A DNA stretch of 63,312 bases, filler included, from Sphacelaria rigidula (Eukaryota): the NCBI GenBank assembly GCA_964200075.2. It is 9 parts of 9 records of this genome, joined end to end, with 100 filler letters (N's around TTAATTAATTAA, not from the genome) between each part and the next. Parts side by side here need not be neighbours in the genome. Positions count along the whole stretch, not along the records: positions 7,047 to 13,992 come from CAXNAA020017266.1; positions 14,093 to 21,038 come from CAXNAA020017267.1; positions 21,139 to 28,084 come from CAXNAA020017268.1; 6 more parts are not named here. One strand, given 5' to 3'. Shown piece after piece: positions 12,152 to 23,000 of this stretch. Both the position numbers and the translations under genes were made by a program. The notes beneath the pieces were generated by a model, which saw only the letters and a program-made list of their open reading frames with translations, was not told the DNA's origin and made no database searches. Position 1 is the stretch's first letter; every line of letters starts with the position of its first letter.

Positions 12152-12745
12152 GTATTTGTGCGTGTTCGGGAGAACGGGAGGGGAGTTGCTGGTGTCAATG
12201 CGTCTGTGTGTGTGTTTTATGTCGCTTGTCAGGTTTTGACAATAGTTGGCGGAGTGTGTAAGTTTGCGTTTTTCTCAATGTTGTGTCCCTTGTCGTCTAA
12301 TTCGCTTCGGTTCTCTACCGGTACTGTTGGCGGATTTTACGATAGTCACCCTCCGAATGCCTATCGCTGCTCATTCGACAAAGCCTTCTGTGTACCCGTC
12401 AATTGTGGCGAATAATCCCGTTCTCCCCGCGAACGTATCACTATTGACTACATCATACCAGCCCGAAGCGGAAATATTCATCCGAACACGTGACTACATC
12501 TGCAAAATCTAGGGCTTCAGTGAAGAACTGAACTCCATATGTACCATCTGCGTCGCCCCGCGAGAGCACTCACGCAATGTGGAAAACACACACGCAATGT
12601 GGAAATATCATACGTTACTCCGGCTCTATTTCGTGTGTCTGTAGTCTGAGTTCTTTCATGTCTCGGTACATCTGCATGAAACAAAAATTCGTAGCCCACG
12701 AAAAATAACGTTCACACGCATCCCCCCCACATTTCCCCCCAAAAG

Positions 12746-13494
12746 GCCACAAATGGACGACATCCTCGAGCTAGAACGGCAGCTATCCAAGCTAGGGTTG
12801 GAGAGCCGAGCGGGTCGCGCGGGCGCGGGCGCCGGCAGAGCCGCCAAAGCTCGCCTACGCGCCGCCGCTGGCGGTGCTGGTGGGGCGGGGGGCGGGAATC
12901 CGGGGGCACATCTGTCCTCCGCCCTCGGCGAGTCATTCTGCCTTTTGAACCAGTCGGTTATATTTGGTGGTGGGGTTGCCACAGGTGGGCTTACAGCGGC
13001 AGCGGCCATGGCGGCCGCGGCGGCAGCGGCGGGCACAGATTTTGTCCCCGTACCCAGGAACAACGATCATGGTGGGGTAGGCGGTGGCGGCGGTACGGGA
13101 GGCGGCCGCGGGGGTACGTCGAAATCTGATATCTTGCCCACGCCGCCGTCACGATCCGGCGCCCTACACCCTTCCTCGTCGGCAGCGGCAGCGGCAGCGG
13201 GCGATCCAGCACCCGTGCGGCACAACCCTGACGGTGCTGTAGTTGCGGCTCAGTCCGCAGCCTCTCAATCTCGCGGTGAAAGGGTGATGGAAGACGGGGT
13301 AAAATGGAGAGAGGCGGCGGCGGCTGGCGGTGGGGTTGGTGATGTACGCGGGGAAGGAAATTTAAAGTCTTCTGCGGGGGCGATGGCTGGTGGGGATGAG
13401 CGACGAAATAGGGCGAGAGCGCAGGGGTCGGGGGGTGGAGGAGAAGGCGGGGCTGGGGGGATGGGTGATGGACGCATGATAGGTAGAGATGACG
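12746..13494 (+). CDS. Large low-complexity exon of the NRBF2/Atg38-like protein (3' end off contig)
   Basis: AAAAG|G-PQMDDILELERQLSKLGL..LGESFCLL..|GTGAGT. GC-rich, Ala/Gly-rich open frame starting in phase 2. Confidence 0.75.
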
Positions 13495-13859
13495 GTGAGT
13501 GTTACTGTAGAAGTACGGTGTATATCATCCGCACGTAGCATACCACCCTTTGGAAAACACCCCCGGGTATTTACGCTTGCTTCTGGCACTATACCAGAAC
13601 CTACATTACTGTACCCGGGTACGTTGTATATCACTCCTTTTTTTATGCCATCCTCGGGTAGTGAGTTTTCTGGTTGTAATGGTTGCCGCTGCGCTCCTGT
13701 GTGGTTTGATGGCACAGCTGAAACCATTACGGTGATGAGAAGGCGGGTTCGGTTTCTGCAAGGTGCATTCGGCTCTTCTTTCTGAGGTATGCGATTCACA
13801 CCGTTGAATACTATGTTGTTCTGTTGTACCTTGTTCTGTTTTTTTTTTTTCTCTGCAGC

Positions 13860-13982
13860 GAGTGGTTCAGCTTTGTTTTTTCTTGGGTACGTCTATCATG
13901 TAACCACGGCTGGTATCATGACTCCTGGGGGATCAGTTAAAGTGCGACAATCAATCAATCAATGGATCAACCAATTAAATCA
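13860..13982 (+). mobile_element. RTE-like LINE 3' end with a (TCAA)n tail
   Basis: CTTGGGTACGTCTATCATG..ACCACGGCTGG..GTGCGACAATCAATCAATC. Copies at ~34262-34340 and 38250-38341 (+), and ~2790-2875 and 53040-53140 (-). Confidence 0.65.
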
Positions 13983-15114
13983 AAGCGTGAGGNNNNNNNN
14001 NNNNNNNNNNNNNNNNNNNNNNNNNNNNNNNNNNNNTTAATTAATTAANNNNNNNNNNNNNNNNNNNNNNNNNNNNNNNNNNNNNNNNNNNNCCCCCCCT
14101 ATCGTAGGATGACTCGTATATCTCCTGCCAGAACGTGCAATACAAATACGTGCATTGCGAGTGGCGTATATATATATATGGTATTGCGTGTATAGTCTAG
14201 CCAGTGAGGCTACCGTGCATGCTGTTGGGATCACCGTTGCAAGCTGGTGCATATTGAGCGGTTGCAACCCGGCGTATCGACGCTACGGACACGGATGGGG
14301 TAGCCGATCAAAGATGGACACAGCCGGGACTGCCAACCAAAGATGAAAACCACTGATGATCTATCAGAAATTACGAGAATTATTCTCGCCACTCTCCTCA
14401 TAAGGGAGTGGGGGCAGATGAAAGGAAAGAGAGATGATAGGAGTAAGACGGCCGGTACCACAAACAGGGTGCAATACCCCGTGCACAAGCAGTCACGTAG
14501 GTTGCAAGTCACTTTCGTCAAATAGTAGTGACGTGCCACACAGAATGTTTCCAAAACTCTCTATTTACCTATGTGAAGCCCAAGTATGCCGAGGCTAATA
14601 CAATCATCGATGCACAATATACCACCGCCCACGTGCGTGAGCACTACAATAGCATGATGTTGGGAGGATGACGGGAAACGCCTGTCCCAGAAATAGCGCA
14701 TACACCTCTGAGGGCAAGGCTCAAGGCTACTTACACTCGCTCTCGCACGAGTGTACAGCAGACCGTACCTGTTGTCGTGACCTTCAGCTGCAGCTGTGAA
14801 CGAGTCATGCTCTCTTGCAGTGGCTGGGTGTCCACCCGGACAATATCACCCACACATCATGGTGCGGTAAGGTTTAGGCTATTGGTCATGTCTTGTATGC
14901 TGAAACACATCGATCAATGCATATTTCAGTTTCCCAAGACGAGACGGGCCAGCCTACAAACGGACTTCAGCTACCAGCCATATATCATCGATGCAGACGA
15001 ATGGGTCGTGATCCGCATACGTTGTCAGTGATGTAATTGAGGGGAAGATGGCAGTCTACCCAACAGTCCGATCAGATGCTTTCTCGAGCACATGCCGCGA
15101 CACCCCCCCCAGCC

Positions 15115-15330
15115 CCCCCCCAGCTAAGTGACTGGTTTGAGGACGTAAAATCTACCCGTAAATCAAAATCACAAAAGTCGAGTACACCGAGCAATTGAGA
15201 ATTCCCACGCTTGGGATTACATTCGCCGATAATGTCCCCCATATGAGCAGGCGCTTCATGTAGTCTGAAACCAGCTATGCGTTACATGGCCACTTTCTTC
15301 GTGATAGTTTTGGGGCTGGCTTGGGGAAGG
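15115..15330. repeat. Dispersed ~215-bp repeat
   Basis: A diverged reverse-complement copy lies at ~55890-56106. Confidence 0.6.
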
Positions 15331-15509
15331 GGGGGCATAACGGAATCACTCCTTGAAGGTTAGACGTCATGCATGTCGAGCGAATATCGCCATATCCAGA
15401 GATATCTCGATACTATTTATCGCTGTGCGAAATTCGTTAGATAATGAGGCTATGGAGCCATGCTCTTCAACGCTTCGTATGGTATTGACTTTATATATAT
15501 ATATATATA

Positions 15510-18500
15510 TGTAGTGTTGGGATCGCAGGTACCGGTCACGAAGGTTTGGTCTGATGTGAGGGCGTATAATGTGGGATAGCAGCTGTTATACATGAAGTAC
15601 TCTTCTCTTTGACCGTGTACCCCGGTGGGTTGTTTGTATCTGTCTTGCCCAGAAGCGGCACCTTGAACACTATCTTCTGTCTACACTCCGAAGCAGCCTG
15701 TCTGCTTGCTTGGCTTAACTGCCATTGCGCCAACTCTAGCGACCACGACAAAGAGGTTCCGAGTGAATCCTCTCACACGCTTTTTGAGCCTCGATCGTGT
15801 TGGTGCTGACGGAGCGGTGGACCTAGGAAGGGAGAGCAGCAGCAAAAGGACAGATCTTTGCTGGAAAACAACGTGAGTTGAGTCAAAGTAATACGGTATT
15901 GTGTGTGTCTGGCACTACAACAGTGCGTTGCGTTACGATTGAGAACGGCACTTACTTTGTGCGCATCTGGCATCATCGCAGTACGGAGATCGCTGCGGTA
16001 CGAAGTGATAATTTTTTTTAAAGCGGGATAACCGCACGTGAACAGGAGTAGCTCTGGATTGTGACTACTCCCGACTGGCGCTACAGCAGAGTATCGCAAC
16101 CTGGACCGAGTAGGGCGTGTAATCTATTCTTTGAGGAGACGACACCAGCGTTCGCAGCACCACGGCTGACCTGCGGGAACAGTAACAGTCAGTAGTCGGA
16201 TCCTTTTTCGGGAAGAAATTTTTCCGCGCCTACTGCAGAAGTGCCCAACCATGCACGGTGTCTGCAACAACTTGTACGCTGATTTTCGTTCTGAACCTGT
16301 CCAGGTGGCCAACTCAAACGGTTTTGCGGGGGGGCGCTGTCGTGGTGGGGGCCATATCTGGATACGATTCTTTTTGTTCGCGACCTCCCTCGACAGGTCA
16401 AGGGGCGGTGACCAAGGCCGATTGTGTGGTGTTATCGGAACACGTTATCCTATACTCGTTACGTTGGAGCAAAGCGACGAGGAGGATTACCATGGCGGAC
16501 AATGAGAGTATTCGTGCGGTACTTAAGTTGTGTACAAGATTTGATGGCAGAGACAAGGCTAGTTTCCGAGAGTACCAAGACAAACTACGGGTGATCCTCT
16601 CCCTCCACCATAATGCGGCCGCAAAAATTCTGCAGGGGCGGCAGAGACCCGCACGCACCGTAATTGGTGATGAACCGTCAACCCGTGATACGGCAGCTTC
16701 ACTGGCTTGGAATCGCGCAAACAATGACCTGTTCAGCATCTCACTTTTCACCACCGAAAAATCAGCGAGCAATACCGTGAGACGTTTCATGGGGAAAACC
16801 CAGGAGGATGGGGTTGGTAATGGCCAAGTAGTGTGGGTAGCGCTGCAAGAAACAAATGACGGCAACACAAAAGAGGCACGCAGGGAATTCCATGATAAAC
16901 TCCACAATACGACGATGCAGTCAGGGGACGATCCGGAAGATTTTTTGTTTGTCATGGATGGCTACCGTGACCGCCTGGAGGAAATGGGATAGTCCGTGCC
17001 TGAAGAACGATATGAGGACATTATCCTTCGAGCTCTACCCGCCGAGTACGATAGGGTCCGTATTGCTAGCTGTGAGAGGCGCATTTTAATTTGTCGGACC
17101 TCAGATACATGGTCAGCACCATGTATGCTGACTACCTTTCACAACCGGACGCCACCAACTCGGTCGCAGGCCGCAGGGTTGCTAGGCAGGCTTGTGGGCG
17201 GAATGATGGCAGTAAAAGAAATCAAGTAACATGCCACCACTGCGGAAAGCAAGGTCACATTACGAGAAATTGCCCCGCCCGAAGTGCGACCCGAGCACTG
17301 ACAGGGGGAGACGGTCAGGACGGGAGAAATATTGGGAATGTAGGCAAGTGATGCTCTTTTCACAACTCAACAACTCACAGCGAAGAAGAGTGTCGTTCCT
17401 TGCAACAGCGCAACCAGCATACAGCCAATTTCGGACAATGGTCAGGGTATCCCCGAGCCACCGGCACAAGGGAGCATCCTCCCGCCATCTCCTTTAATGC
17501 CGTGGAGGCACCCAAAGCGAACCATCCGCAAGCTTACAAACTTTGGCCTTTCGCTCCAACGAACAAACCCGTTGCTTTTTTTGACAGCAGCGGCCTTTTC
17601 GGCGCCTTCGAAGGGGCCGACGGAGAGGAGGCCGGGGGTCCGGGGTTCTGGCGCAGAGCTCGCAACCTTCTGCGGGGAATCAGGGAGACACTTTCCCCAC
17701 AAGTGCGCGCGCTGACCGTAATAGCCGTAGTTCACTACGTCTGGTTGATGTTCGGGAACTCATTATACCCCCGGGCCGCGTCGAACCTCGACGACACCGC
17801 TGAAATATTTGGCGGGATCACCGATGCTGATGATGGGACGGCTCTCGCGGCAGGACCCGCTCTTGACAAGTGGACTGAGGGTAGCAATAGCCATGTCAGT
17901 GTCATGGTAGACAGTGGTGCGTCGGGACATTGCTTCGACGATACCCTCATCCCGGTGCTACGGTATGAACTCTACAACTACCAAGAACTGGTGACCCCGC
18001 GTACGATCACCACCGCAGGGGGGCATCACCTGGCAGGGGTTGGTAAAGGACTGCTCCGCGGCCACATCCAAGACGGCGAAGGGGTCAAACGCCTGGTTCA
18101 GATTTCGTGTTTGGTCGTGCCTGGCTTGGGGCGGAACTTGTTCTCCGTCAAACAAGCGACACGAAATGGTGTTGTGTCTATGTCCGACATGAACTACCCA
18201 AGACTCGAGACAAACAACTTCACTGTTCCGCTCCAGGAACTGGAGAGCGACCTGTATTTCTTCTCTCTGGAACTAGGCAGCGGCAACGACGCATCTGGAC
18301 TGACTTTGCAAGCTGCAGAGGCCGCCACGCTGTGGCATCGGAGGATGGGACACTTAAACAGCAATAGTTTGAATCTTCTCAAAAACGTCGGAATCTACGG
18401 GGTAGATCTCGGTGGAGCCGTTCCGGACTGCGATATTTGTGCCGTTGGGAAAAGTCATCAACTGGCCCACCCGAAGACAGCCAACAACAAAGTGCAACGC

Positions 18501-20990
18501 GCTTTTCAACTAGCCATGACAGATTTGATGGGATCAATCATGCCGGAAGCGCTGGGAGGCTTCAAGTATGTCTGCAAGATCTCCGATGAGTATACGAGAT
18601 GGACAGAGATTTACCTTCGAAAAACCAAGGACGGCACTCTTCATACATTTCAGTCCTACGTACAGTCAATGGTCATTGCTGGCGGCGTTCGGGTCGAACG
18701 ACTAAGGGCAGATAAAGGCGGTGAGTTCATCGGCAACGAGTTCGAGTTGTACTGCCGACAGACAGACATATTGCTAGAGTTTGCAAGCACCAATACACCA
18801 CAACAAATCGGCCTGTCAGAACACGTGGGAAGCACGCTTGCAGCCATGGTCCGGTGCATGCTTGCTGACAGTGGTTTGCCGACTTTTCTTTGGAGGGAAT
18901 TAATGTTCACAGCGGCCCATCTTGCGAACAGATCACCGCATTCGGCGCTTGACATGCAGTCGCCTCATAAGATGCTGAAGGGGACAGAACCGGGTCTCAA
19001 ACACCTTCGAGTCGTCGGAGCCAGGGCTTTCGTACATATCGAGCGGCATACTTCGAAACTTGCTCTCAAAGCAGTTGAAGGACGACTAGTTGGGTACAGC
19101 AATGACAGTAAGAGCTACCGAGTCTACAACCCGGCTACGCGACGTATCATTGAGAGCAGGAACATCGTCTTCATCGGGACTCCAACACACCTTACCCCGA
19201 CGGGAGAGCCACAACTTCGGATACACCCATTTTCACTTGGTGACCAGGAATGCAACAACAGAGAGGGCCACCACTACGTCACCGACGACGACTTCTTCCG
19301 TGATCTTCGCGACCACACCTCTGTACTAGCTCAACCGGCTCACACCTCCGTTGATCATATCACTGCCAGCGAGATCTCTAACGATCCACAGGTGGCCGAG
19401 CTTCTGGAGAAAATGAGCGCCATCACCAAGCGGGACATGCTGCATGACGATGACACACCTCGTGAGGAGACGTCGCCAACAGCATCACCGGAAAGCCGTG
19501 CGCCGCTGGAACAAACTGCACCCCCTTCTCGGGACGAAGTTAGCCAGTCCACATCATCAGCCGAATCACCACTGCTCAACCGCTCTCGACACTCTCGCCA
19601 TCAAGGCAGCGCGCTCCTTCAGGGAACGCAACACCAACAACGACGGCGCAGCTTCTGCGCACCTTTCAGCCACTGTGGACGACAAAATGCTCTCCGAGCT
19701 ACGGCGACTGCATATACACACCAACGCGCTCCTACTAGATGTCGTGCACCAGACGTTTGGGGTGGAATCAGTCGTGGAGTATGTCTACACAACTACCAAC
19801 CTCTCGAGCTGTCCAGTGGGGGAGAAAACGGAAAGAATCCAAACACGTTCAATGAGGCCATGAGTCTCCCCGAAAAGGAACAATGGAAGGCGGCATCAGA
19901 TGAGGAGATAGATAGCCTAAGAAGCAATAACGTGTATACTCTGGTGCCGTCAAGCTCCGTCCCAACTGGACACAAGTTAATCGGGTCCCGATGGGTGTAC
20001 AAGAAGAAAGCGGATTCCTCGCACAAGGTCCGAGTCATCGTGCAGGGTTGGGGACAAGTCCCTGGCGTCGACTGTGGCAGCACTTTCGCACCGGTCTGCA
20101 GGATCCAAAGCATCCGCATGGTATTAGCTGTAGCGGCGGAGTATGACTTGGAGTGTCGGCAATTGGACTATCACACCACCTTTCTGAACGCCGCACTCAA
20201 GGAAGAAGTTTACGTCAAAATGGCGCCAGGATACGAGGCGTTTGACGCCAATGGAACTCCGATGGTAATGCGGTTCCACAAAAGTCTCTATGGCCTCGGT
20301 CAAAGTCCAAACTGCTGGTGGGGAACGGTCGACACAGACCTGGCGGAGATTGGATTCAAGAGCCTTAAGTCGGACCCTTGCGTGAACATATACCAAGAGA
20401 GCGTCGACGTTTACATTTTGACCTTATGCGTCGATGATGTCCTACTGCTTGGGAAAGATGTCAGGGTTCTGGGGAGGATCAAGCATGAACTGATGGGAAG
20501 TTTCTCGATGACGGACATGGGAGATGTATCGTTAGTGCTGGAAATGGAGGTTGTTCGTGATCGCGTTAGGAAGACAGTCACCATCAGCCAGAAAAGTTAC
20601 ACCAAGTCCCTCCTGGAGCGATACGGAATGGCGAATTGCAACCCAGCATACACTCCTGGTGTGGGACAAGAACTGTCACTGGACCAGCCGAGGGAGAAAG
20701 CTTTGAACGAGGAGTACAAAAAAGGTTTCCAGGCCATTACGGGCAGTATGATGTATCTCGCTCACGTGACACGCTACGACATTGGATACGCCGTGAATCA
20801 ACTGGCACGGGCGATGTCCAATCCGTCGAAGGCGCATATGGCAGCTGCAAAACACTTACTTCGATATTTGGCCGGCACTACAGACCATGTCATAACCTAC
20901 AACCAGAGCGGTTTCCAATTGACGGCGTTCTCAGATGCGAACTGGGGTAACAACCCAGACAACGGGACATCCACATCATCATATAACAGC
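15510..20990 (+). mobile_element. Ty1/copia LTR retrotransposon, decayed and 3'-truncated
   Basis: Domain order gag-PR-IN-RT-RH. A possible 5' LTR starts with TG just after a (TA)n tract at ~15510-15515; that boundary is tentative. Confidence 0.9.
16492..17399 (+). pseudogene. gag: copia gag, disrupted
   Basis: MADNESIRAV..GNGQVVWVALQE..DDPEDF. In-frame TAG at 16990, frameshift near 17085, zinc knuckle CHHCGKQGHITRNC, and TGA at 17349 where a Trp would precede CSFHNSTTHSEEEC. Confidence 0.85.
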
Positions 20991-20999
20991 CGATCCTAA
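17400..20999 (+). pseudogene. pol: copia pol (protease, integrase, RT, partial RNase H)
   Basis: Protease VDSGASGH. Integrase LWHRRMGH..CDIC, TDL, RADKGGEF, GLSE. RT QLDYHTTFLNA, KSLYGL, CVDD (normally YVDD). RNase H AFSDANW, truncated. Confidence 0.93.
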
Positions 21000-21273
21000 T
21001 TTTTGGGGTTGAAACATAAAATGAGGTTGAAGTCCCATNNNNNNNNNNNNNNNNNNNNNNNNNNNNNNNNNNNNNNNNNNNNTTAATTAATTAANNNNNN
21101 NNNNNNNNNNNNNNNNNNNNNNNNNNNNNNNNNNNNNNTGACTCACTTAAAGCGAATGATCAAAGCCACTCTCAATCGTATCATCTACTCTCAATCTCAC
21201 GAAAACACTGTTCATCGCAGGTTTCTCAAGACAAATGTACCTGGGGTGTACTTTCGTGCGTCGGGCAATGGCT

Positions 21274-21530
21274 CTAGCAGTCATGCTACGATAGGGAGGG
21301 GGGGTATTTTGGGCCGTTTTATTAAATGAAATTCTGCTTCAATCGCTGTTGAAAGCAGCCGACAGTTGTTCGAACGCGCTTGCTCCCGATAAATAACGTT
21401 TGTCCATACTACCTTACACCGCTTGTACCCAAATACAAGCACACCGCGAGTGTTTCAGTTCGTCTGACGCATCTATGAGCACATTTTTTCGTGGAATCGA
21501 ACACCCCCCCCTATCGTAGCATGGCTCCTA
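21274..21530. mobile_element. MITE
   Basis: Inverted ends CATGCTACGATAGGG(A/G)GGGGG and CCCCCCCCTATCGTAGCATG. A similar end occurs at 14093-14115. Confidence 0.65.
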
Positions 21531-22169
21531 GCAAAATATTTGTAAAAGAAAACACCATGGATGGGCGGGGCTGTACGCTTGCAACAAGAAGGTAGCGACA
21601 ACAAATAGCGAAGATGGCTGTAAAGTAAAATTGCACGGGGAGTAGAGAATATAGCTGAAAATGTAGAAAGAGAGGAGACGAACGACAGAAAATCAAGGGG
21701 TACCATACGGCAGACAGGGGGGCAAAAGGGAAAAAAAAATCGAGTCGGTGAAAGAAGAGAATGACGCAAACAGTGCATCGTGGGCTACTACTGCTAAATG
21801 CAGACGATGAGGGAAAGGGGTCATTAGTATAAAACAGTGTGGTCGCGAAAGGGGAAAAAAACAGCAGCAAGAAAATACCAGCGGGAGAGAGAACAAGCAT
21901 GGTACAATGCGATGCCAACGACCATGGTATGACTCGCTCTTCCGATGTTCATGTGCAATTCCGGAACCTCAAAAATAAAGACGTAAAAGTAAATAAACAA
22001 TATGGGTCACTGTGAAGGGAAGAGTCAAACGCAACGCTACAGTAGAAGCAGGGTGAATAGAACAGAATAGTCAAGGCGTGAGCCACGCCTAAAATAACTT
22101 TTACAATCGGTGTGTCTACTGCTGCCGATCAACGGCACTGGTTGCCCCCAATTTCCCGACGTGAAGAAA

Positions 22170-22290
22170 CCCATGTAGTGACGATCCCATGAAGTGTAGT
22201 GACGGTCCCATGAAGTGTAGTGACGGTTCCATGTAGTGTAGTGACGGTCCCATGTAGTGTAGTGACGGTCCCATGTATTGAAGTGACGAT
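22170..22290. repeat. 21-bp minisatellite
   Basis: About 5 copies of CCATG(T/A)AGTGTAGTGACGGTC. Confidence 0.9.
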
Positions 22291-22487
22291 ATGATGTGTC
22301 GTCATGTAGGCCGATGAGAAGACCCCAATGTAGGGGCGGCACAGTGACAATGCAGTGGCGACATGTTGTGGCGTGGAGCGGAAGCAAACCCATGCGACTT
22401 GACCCGCGCAATGACTTTTCACTATGCCGCACATCAATCAATCATACTCGGCGCCATTCGTCATTTGCCGGGCGTTGAAGACTGCTG

Positions 22488-22720
22488 CCGAGATAGCCCC
22501 CCCCCAAAACCGGCCAAAAACGTGCACGGAGTCGATGATCATACCTGCCGTTAAAGCTAGTTTCGTGCTGCACGACGCGACTGATTTGAGCGCTATAGCT
22601 GATTTCGGACTGCTACACGCCTCTCACGTGGGCGAAGTTGCTGCAAACGAGCGCAATAGTGGGATCGCAGCCGGTTCGTTGGATGGTGCCGGTGCACTTT
22701 TTGTGGGGGGGCTATCTCGG
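22488..22720. mobile_element. MITE-like element
   Basis: 16-bp inverted ends CCGAGATAGCCCCCCC and GGGGGGGCTATCTCGG. A similar end lies at 29692. Confidence 0.55.
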
Positions 22721-22887
22721 AATTAGTCTAAACATGTTTCGCCGCCAAGATGACTCCAGCATAGATGCCCCGTATGTTGGTGAGAAATTCATTCGGACTC
22801 ACATAGAATGATCCGAACAACTGCTCGAGCAGTCCTGTTTGGTACAAAGTTGCACAGTGCAAATATGCTGCCACAGCACACAGTAGA

Positions 22888-23000
22888 GTGCAAACACCAT
22901 GCGAACACGTACCTGGCTAACATGGTGCAAGCATCATGCGATCACGTACCTGGCTAATATGGTGCAAACACCATGCGATCACTTACCTGGCTAACATGGT
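22888..23000. repeat. ~37-bp tandem repeat x3
   Basis: GTGCAAACACCATGCGA(A/T)CAC(G/T)TACCTGGCTAACATG units. Confidence 0.85.

Noticed and set aside
16990-17351. Programmed readthrough or frameshift in copia gag
   Set aside because: The stops are explained by single transitions (CAG>TAG, TGG>TGA) in an element with other lesions.
22037-23000. WDRHYT-repeat ORF; CRISPR-like arrays
   Set aside because: Head-to-tail minisatellites without unique spacers, and no cas genes.
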